In this document: one piece after another, positions 17,282 through 22,143 of the stretch
Numbering within the stretch: position 1 is the first letter of the stretch
Layout of the letters: each line of letters starts with the position of its first letter
Assembly (NCBI GenBank): GCA_965261975.1
Contig: CBDHEC010000013.1
Span: 1-22,143 of the forward strand
Reading direction: 5' to 3'
Source of the DNA: Alphaproteobacteria bacterium
GTDB taxonomy: Bacteria; Pseudomonadota; Alphaproteobacteria; UBA6615
Length of the DNA: 22,143 bases
The notes under the pieces: generated by a model
Told to the model about the DNA's origin: nothing
Database searches by the model: none
The model's input: the letters and a program-made list of their open reading frames with translations, nothing else
Position numbers and translations under genes: made by a program

Positions 17282-19410
17282 TGTCGCTGCGCGCTCTTGC
17301 GATCGTAATGACGATGCTCGTGGGATCGTTGGGTGCTCCGGCTGCGATCGGGCAGCAAGTAGATTCCGAGCAACCGGTTTTAATGACAGCCGACGACCTG
17401 TCGTTCGATGAAGACCTTGGCACGGCGACCGCCCGCGGCAATGTGGAAATCGTCCAGGGCGACCGGATCCTCAATGCTGACGCCGTCACCTACAATCAGC
17501 GTGACGATATCGTCACCGCGACGGGAAATGTGGTGCTCCTCGAGCCCACGGGCGAGGTGTTGTTCGCGGAATTTGCGGAACTGACGGCCGACATGCGCGA
17601 AGGTTTTCTGCGCGGATTCCGGATGCTCTTGAATGACGATTCCCGCCTCGCAGCCGTCAGCGCACAGCGCCGCGGCGGCCTGGAGACCGAGCTGACGCGG
17701 GCCGTGTATTCGCCGTGCCGCAACTGCCTGGGATTCGACGAAGAGCCCCTGTGGCAGATCAAGGCACGCCGTGTCTTGCATGACGCGGAGGCCCAGGAGG
17801 TCGTTTATCGCGATGCCACACTGGAACTGCTGGGCGTTCCCGTCGCATACACGCCGTATCTAAGCCACCCGGACCCGACAGTTGAACGCAAATCGGGTGT
17901 CCTGGCGCCGATTTTCGGTATTTCCAACATCGCAGGATCATCAATCCAGGTCCCGTATTTCTGGGCCATCTCAAACGAATCCGACCTCACCTTCGATCCC
18001 ATCATTTCGACCGAGCAACTCCCGGTCGTTACGGGCGAATACCGGCAACGTTTTGCCAGCGGCGAAAACCGCACTCGGTTGTCATTCACGCAAGACGACG
18101 CCCAGACCGGCGAGGAACGATTACGCGGCCATATTGATTCCGAAACGCGCTTTTCGATCGATGAATTGTGGCGCTGGGGCGCTGACATCCGCCTCGCCAG
18201 CGACGACACCTATCTTGGACGATATGGTTTCAGAAGCAGCGATACGCTCACCAATCGCCTGTTTGTCGAAGGATTCGGCTCGCGTTCCTACGCGGTTGCC
18301 GAGGCCCTGTATTTCCAGGGTCTGCGCGAGGAAGATATTCAGAAACAAACGCCAATCGTCGCGCCGAACCTCGAATATCGATACATCAGCTCACCCGGCA
18401 CCTACGGCAACATGACGACACTCGATGCGAACATACGCGCGCTTACCCGCGAAGATGGCGTGTCGAACCAACGGATAAGCCTCACGCCCGGCTGGCAAAT
18501 TTCCCACACCGACAATTTGGGCTCGATCACCAGTTTCCGAACGTCGGTGCAGGGCGATCTTTACAACGTCGACGATATTGCAACGACCAGCGGTCGCGAA
18601 GACGCCGTGATCGGCCGGATTTTCCCGCAAGCTGTCTTGAGCTGGCGGTATCCCTGGGTGAGACGCTCAGGCCCGAACAGCCAGATATTCGAACCCCTCC
18701 TGGCACTCGTTGCCGCACCAAATGGCGGCAACAACGAGCGCATTCCCGACGAGGACAGCCAGAGCATCGCATTTGACGAAACCAACCTGTTTGATGCCAA
18801 TCGGTTTTCCGGCACGGACCGGGTCGAAGGCGGGCAGCGCGTCGTCTACGGCTTCCGAACCGGGGTCTTCGGTGAATTGGGCGGGGCCTCCACGCTCACC
18901 GTCGGCCAATCCTTCCGGCTCCGGAAATCGAACCCTTATCCGCTGGGTACGGGACTTGAAGACCAACTTTCCGATATCGTCGCCAACCTGAAAATCACGC
19001 CCAACCGGTTCTGGAACCTGCTCTACAAAACCCGTTTTGATCACGATTCTCTGCGCGCCCGGCGAACAGAAATCTCTGCGAATGTCGGCCCGCCTGCCCT
19101 GAATGCCGATCTTAACTACGTGTTTTTCGACCGCACGAGTGGATTCGCTGACCGCGAAGAAGTCACGGCATCTCTGAAATCGAAACTGACCGATCAATGG
19201 TCGGCCCGGATGCAAACCCGACGCGACCTCACGACGGAGGGCGGCACGCTTTCCTACGGTGCGTCGCTTGTCTACGAGTGCGATTGCATGAACTTCGAGC
19301 TAGTATACAACCGCAACTTCACATCCGACCGGGATATCCCGCGGGTTGAATCTCTGACGTTCCGAATTACGTTCAAAAGCCTTGGACAGATTGGCTCTTC
19401 GGTCTTCTAG
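17278..19410 (+). CDS. lptD: LPS assembly outer-membrane protein LptD
   Basis: Signal peptide, ADDL...A.GNV, YSPC..C, PLWQIKA, HPDPTVERKSG.L.P, PDEDS, NRFSG.DRVEGG, YECDC. ATGA overlap with lptG and GGAGG SD. The track ORF from 16813 is over-extended. Confidence 0.96.
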   Translation: MMSLRALAIVMTMLVGSLGAPAAIGQQVDSEQPVLMTADDLSFDEDLGTATARGNVEIVQGDRILNADAVTYNQRDDIVTATGNVVLLEPTGEVLFAEFAELTADMREGFLRGFRMLLNDDSRLAAVSAQRRGGLETELTRAVYSPCRNCLGFDEEPLWQIKARRVLHDAEAQEVVYRDATLELLGVPVAYTPYLSHPDPTVERKSGVLAPIFGISNIAGSSIQVPYFWAISNESDLTFDPIISTEQLPVVTGEYRQRFASGENRTRLSFTQDDAQTGEERLRGHIDSETRFSIDELWRWGADIRLASDDTYLGRYGFRSSDTLTNRLFVEGFGSRSYAVAEALYFQGLREEDIQKQTPIVAPNLEYRYISSPGTYGNMTTLDANIRALTREDGVSNQRISLTPGWQISHTDNLGSITSFRTSVQGDLYNVDDIATTSGREDAVIGRIFPQAVLSWRYPWVRRSGPNSQIFEPLLALVAAPNGGNNERIPDEDSQSIAFDETNLFDANRFSGTDRVEGGQRVVYGFRTGVFGELGGASTLTVGQSFRLRKSNPYPLGTGLEDQLSDIVANLKITPNRFWNLLYKTRFDHDSLRARRTEISANVGPPALNADLNYVFFDRTSGFADREEVTASLKSKLTDQWSARMQTRRDLTTEGGTLSYGASLVYECDCMNFELVYNRNFTSDRDIPRVESLTFRITFKSLGQIGSSVF

Positions 19411-20736
19411 ATGAAACAGGCAGACAACAAGTCCTCCGCGACCACGCGACCGAACGCCAGCAAGACCCCGCGACGTTTTCTAACGGCGGCCTTCCTGGCA
19501 GCAACCTGCATTCTGGCAGCTCTCACCGTCTCGCCACCCGCTTCGGCGCAAGACGTCCAACGCATTGCCGCTGTGGTGAATGAAAAGGTCATATCGGTCT
19601 TTGACGTGCAGCAGCGCATGCGGTTGCTCATTTCCTCATCAGGCCTCCCCAACAATGCGGAAACGCAACGTCGGATAGCCCCCCAGGTGCTGCGCGAATT
19701 GATCGACGAGGCGCTGCAGAACCAGGAAGCAGAACGATTGAATATCCGCGTCACGCAACGCGAAATCGACAGCGCGCTGGAGCAGATCGAATCAACAAAC
19801 AATCTTCTGGCGGGCGGGTTTGAATCCTTCATCAACCGGCAGGGTATATCGCTCGAGGCCGCGCTCAGTCAGATCAGATCCAACGTGTCGTGGCAAAAAC
19901 TACTCGCGCGAACGGTGCTCCCGACCATAGAAATCGGCGACGAAGAAATCAACGATGTCATATCGCGCATCAAGGCCACCGCCGGGATCACGGAGTACCG
20001 GGTTGGTGAAATCCTGCTGCCCATCGACAACCCGTCCGACGCGGCTGACATCGATGTCTTGGCGAACCGGCTCGTAACGCAGCTGCGCGATGGGGCTGAT
20101 TTTCAGTCCGTGGCTCAACAATTCTCCAAAAGCGCAACAGCCGCCACCGGCGGGGATATTGGCTGGGTCCAACCGGGCGAGCTTGGTCCCGCGGTCGATA
20201 ATGTCATCACGAGCCTTGAACGCCTGGAAATTTCAGACCCGATCAAAGTGCCCGAGGGCATACAAATTATCATCCTGATCGACCAGCGAACGAACGAGCC
20301 ACCGGACCCGAATGATCGAACGGTCGCATTGCGCCAGATGCTTTTGCCGGTCACTCCAGACGCACCGCCCGGCTCCGCAGAAGCCCAGCTCCAGACCGCG
20401 CGCGCGATCTCATCCAGCGTGCGGGGCTGCGCGGATTTCGCGGCCGCGGCCGCGGAGGCGGGAACCCCGCAGCCCGCGACACCGGCCACGTTCAAACTCA
20501 AGGACCTGAACGCCGAATTGAGAACGCTCGCGGCCCAGTTGGATGTCGGCCAAGCCAGCGCTCCCATCCGCGTTCCATCTGGGGTTCAGGTTCTGATGAT
20601 CTGCGATCGGCAGGAAGATATCGGACCCGACCGAGACGTGATCCGCCGCACGCTCGAGCGTGAGCGCATCGACATGCTCTCGCGACGCTATCTGCGTGAC
20701 TTGCGACGCTCTGCGTTCGTCGACCTGCGTGTTTAA
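19411..20736 (+). CDS. surA: SurA-like periplasmic chaperone/peptidyl-prolyl isomerase
   Basis: Signal peptide, IAAVVN..VI, LIDE.L..QEA, parvulin motif F..VA.QFS...A..GGDIGW, C-terminal YLRDLRRSAFVDLR. Follows lptD with no gap. Confidence 0.92.
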   Translation: MKQADNKSSATTRPNASKTPRRFLTAAFLAATCILAALTVSPPASAQDVQRIAAVVNEKVISVFDVQQRMRLLISSSGLPNNAETQRRIAPQVLRELIDEALQNQEAERLNIRVTQREIDSALEQIESTNNLLAGGFESFINRQGISLEAALSQIRSNVSWQKLLARTVLPTIEIGDEEINDVISRIKATAGITEYRVGEILLPIDNPSDAADIDVLANRLVTQLRDGADFQSVAQQFSKSATAATGGDIGWVQPGELGPAVDNVITSLERLEISDPIKVPEGIQIIILIDQRTNEPPDPNDRTVALRQMLLPVTPDAPPGSAEAQLQTARAISSSVRGCADFAAAAAEAGTPQPATPATFKLKDLNAELRTLAAQLDVGQASAPIRVPSGVQVLMICDRQEDIGPDRDVIRRTLERERIDMLSRRYLRDLRRSAFVDLRV

Positions 20737-21580
20737 CGCCGACGCGCTGCCGCCCTTGCGAGAGATCGTCGGGCGCTTTGAAATCGCTGCCCAGAAATCT
20801 CTCGGACAGCATTTCCTGTTCGACCTGAACCTGACGCGGCGCATTGCATCCGTGGCGGGAGATCTGTCCGGCATCAACGTGATCGAGATAGGCGCCGGCC
20901 CCGGGGGATTGACCCGCGCGTTGCTCGAATCCAACGCCCGACACGTCTATGCCGTTGAACGTGACCCGCGCGCGGTTGCGGCACTGAAGGAGTTGGCGGA
21001 GCACGCCGCCGGTCGCCTGACCGTCATATCCGCCGACGCGCTGGAAACGGACCTGGCAGACCTAACACCCCATCCCCGCCGGGTCGTGGCCAACCTTCCC
21101 TACAATGTCGGCACGCAGTTACTGATCAACTGGCTCCTGCAGGCAGAGAGCTTTCTCGGTTTCACATTGATGTTCCAGAAGGAGGTCGCGGAGCGGATCG
21201 TTGCCAACCAAGGCAGCAAATCCTACGGCCGGCTCTCGGTTCTCTCGCGCTGGTTGACCGAACCGAGAATCCAGTTCGATATCCCGGCGTCAGCATTCGT
21301 GCCGCCGCCGAACGTAACCTCGAGCGTCGTCAGCCTCGAGGTTCGACCCACCCCCCTGGCCCCCGCGGACCGGGAACAGCTGGAAATCGTCACACGCACG
21401 GCCTTCGGTCAACGGCGCAAGATGCTTCGTCGCGCGCTGGCACCGATCGGCGGATCCGATATCCTCACGGCCGCCAACGTGCCCGAAGATGTCCGCGCAG
21501 AAGATCTGAGTGTCGAACAATTCTGCGCGATTGCCCGCGTGCTCGCCGAACAACCACTTGCGCACCAACCCCGCCGATGA
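20729..21580 (+). CDS. rsmA: 16S rRNA m6,2A1518/1519 dimethyltransferase
   Basis: LPPLRE, KSLGQHFL.D, IEIGAGPGGLT, VANLPYNV, MFQKEVA, YGRLSV, AF.PPP.V.S, AFGQRRKML. GTG 20729 overlaps the surA stop; the track start 20660 is probably too long. Confidence 0.97.
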   Translation: MFNADALPPLREIVGRFEIAAQKSLGQHFLFDLNLTRRIASVAGDLSGINVIEIGAGPGGLTRALLESNARHVYAVERDPRAVAALKELAEHAAGRLTVISADALETDLADLTPHPRRVVANLPYNVGTQLLINWLLQAESFLGFTLMFQKEVAERIVANQGSKSYGRLSVLSRWLTEPRIQFDIPASAFVPPPNVTSSVVSLEVRPTPLAPADREQLEIVTRTAFGQRRKMLRRALAPIGGSDILTAANVPEDVRAEDLSVEQFCAIARVLAEQPLAHQPRR

Positions 21581-21592
21581 CAACGTTGGGGA

Positions 21593-21793
21593 ATGCTCAG
21601 ACTCCTGAAAAGCCGAAAACCTTCCGTGGGCACCGCGATCAAACAGGGTCCCGACGCCTCCATCCCCGGATTCCGCCACCGGGTGCATGAACCCGAGTAC
21701 GCCCGCCTGGGCCTTCCATTTTGCCGGCAGGATTCAATCCGAAAGCTCGCGGTATTGCTGGATGAGGAAGTCGAGCTGCGAAACGCCGAGTAG
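21593..21793 (+). CDS. Possible small hypothetical protein or gene remnant (66 aa)
   Basis: Fills the rsmA-gmk gap without overlap and its central codons are mostly G/C-ending. No recognisable motif and a poorly spaced SD. Confidence 0.25.
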   Translation: MLRLLKSRKPSVGTAIKQGPDASIPGFRHRVHEPEYARLGLPFCRQDSIRKLAVLLDEEVELRNAE

Positions 21794-21826
21794 CGTCGGC
21801 CGGGCGCCGCAGCGCGCTATTGCCTT

Positions 21827-22143
21827 CTATTGCCCCTGCCGCAGCAAGCGCACGAGGTCTGAGAGGCCCTCTTGTCGGGCTCTTCGAAGGCGCTCGGCAT
21901 CCAGAATAGCCGTCACCTTGGCGACACTGTCTTCGAAGCTTTCATTGACTACCACGTAATCATATTCCGACCAGTGCGTGATCTCGTCTGCGGCCTTGGC
22001 CATGCGATCGGCAATGACCTCATGACTGTCCTGGGCGCGGCTTTGCAACCGCCGCTCAAGCTCGGCCGTCGATGGCGGCAGGATGAAGACACTCACCAGG
22101 TCGTCACGGGCGCGTTCGGCCACCTGCTGCGTGCCTTGCCAAT
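21827..22143 (-). CDS. gmk: Guanylate kinase, 5' part outside the window
   Basis: WQGTQQV...VSVFILPPS..EL..RL..R.QD...VI..RM..A..EI.HW.EYDYVVVN, the alphaproteobacterial Gmk C-terminal half. Confidence 0.96.
   Translation of the reverse strand, partial: WQGTQQVAERARDDLVSVFILPPSTAELERRLQSRAQDSHEVIADRMAKAADEITHWSEYDYVVVNESFEDSVAKVTAILDAERLRRARQEGLSDLVRLLRQGQ

Noticed and set aside
1-22143. Search for CRISPR arrays, tRNA/rRNA genes, IS or integrase genes, toxin-antitoxin and defence genes
   Set aside because: None seen. All intergenic gaps are about 250 bp or shorter and show no periodic repeats or cloverleaf signatures, and the long ORFs are accounted for by recognisable genes or their antisense shadows.

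Overview
GC-rich alphaproteobacterial core-chromosome segment (Rhodospirillales-like by gene order and protein style; the taxon is inferred). Gene order: partial VOC/glyoxalase-family gene, pcaD-like lactonase and aspS (-); rnd (+); DUF2066-like protein, hdaA, ppk1 and ppx (-); purM, purN and a 41-aa cytochrome c oxidase subunit IV-like peptide (+); pepA, holC and ndk (-); lptF, lptG, lptD, surA and rsmA (+); partial gmk (-). I see no mobile element, CRISPR array, RNA gene or defence island, and no convincing new multi-gene system. The points worth a second look are small. They are a clean absence of pdxA between surA and rsmA, a three-unit Pho box overlapping the hdaA stop in front of ppk1-ppx, a possible CUG start for purM, two genes missed by the ORF track, aromatic-catabolism-like genes coupled to aspS, and a REP-like palindrome over a probably leaderless rnd promoter. 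All gene calls come from motif recognition, not from database searches.
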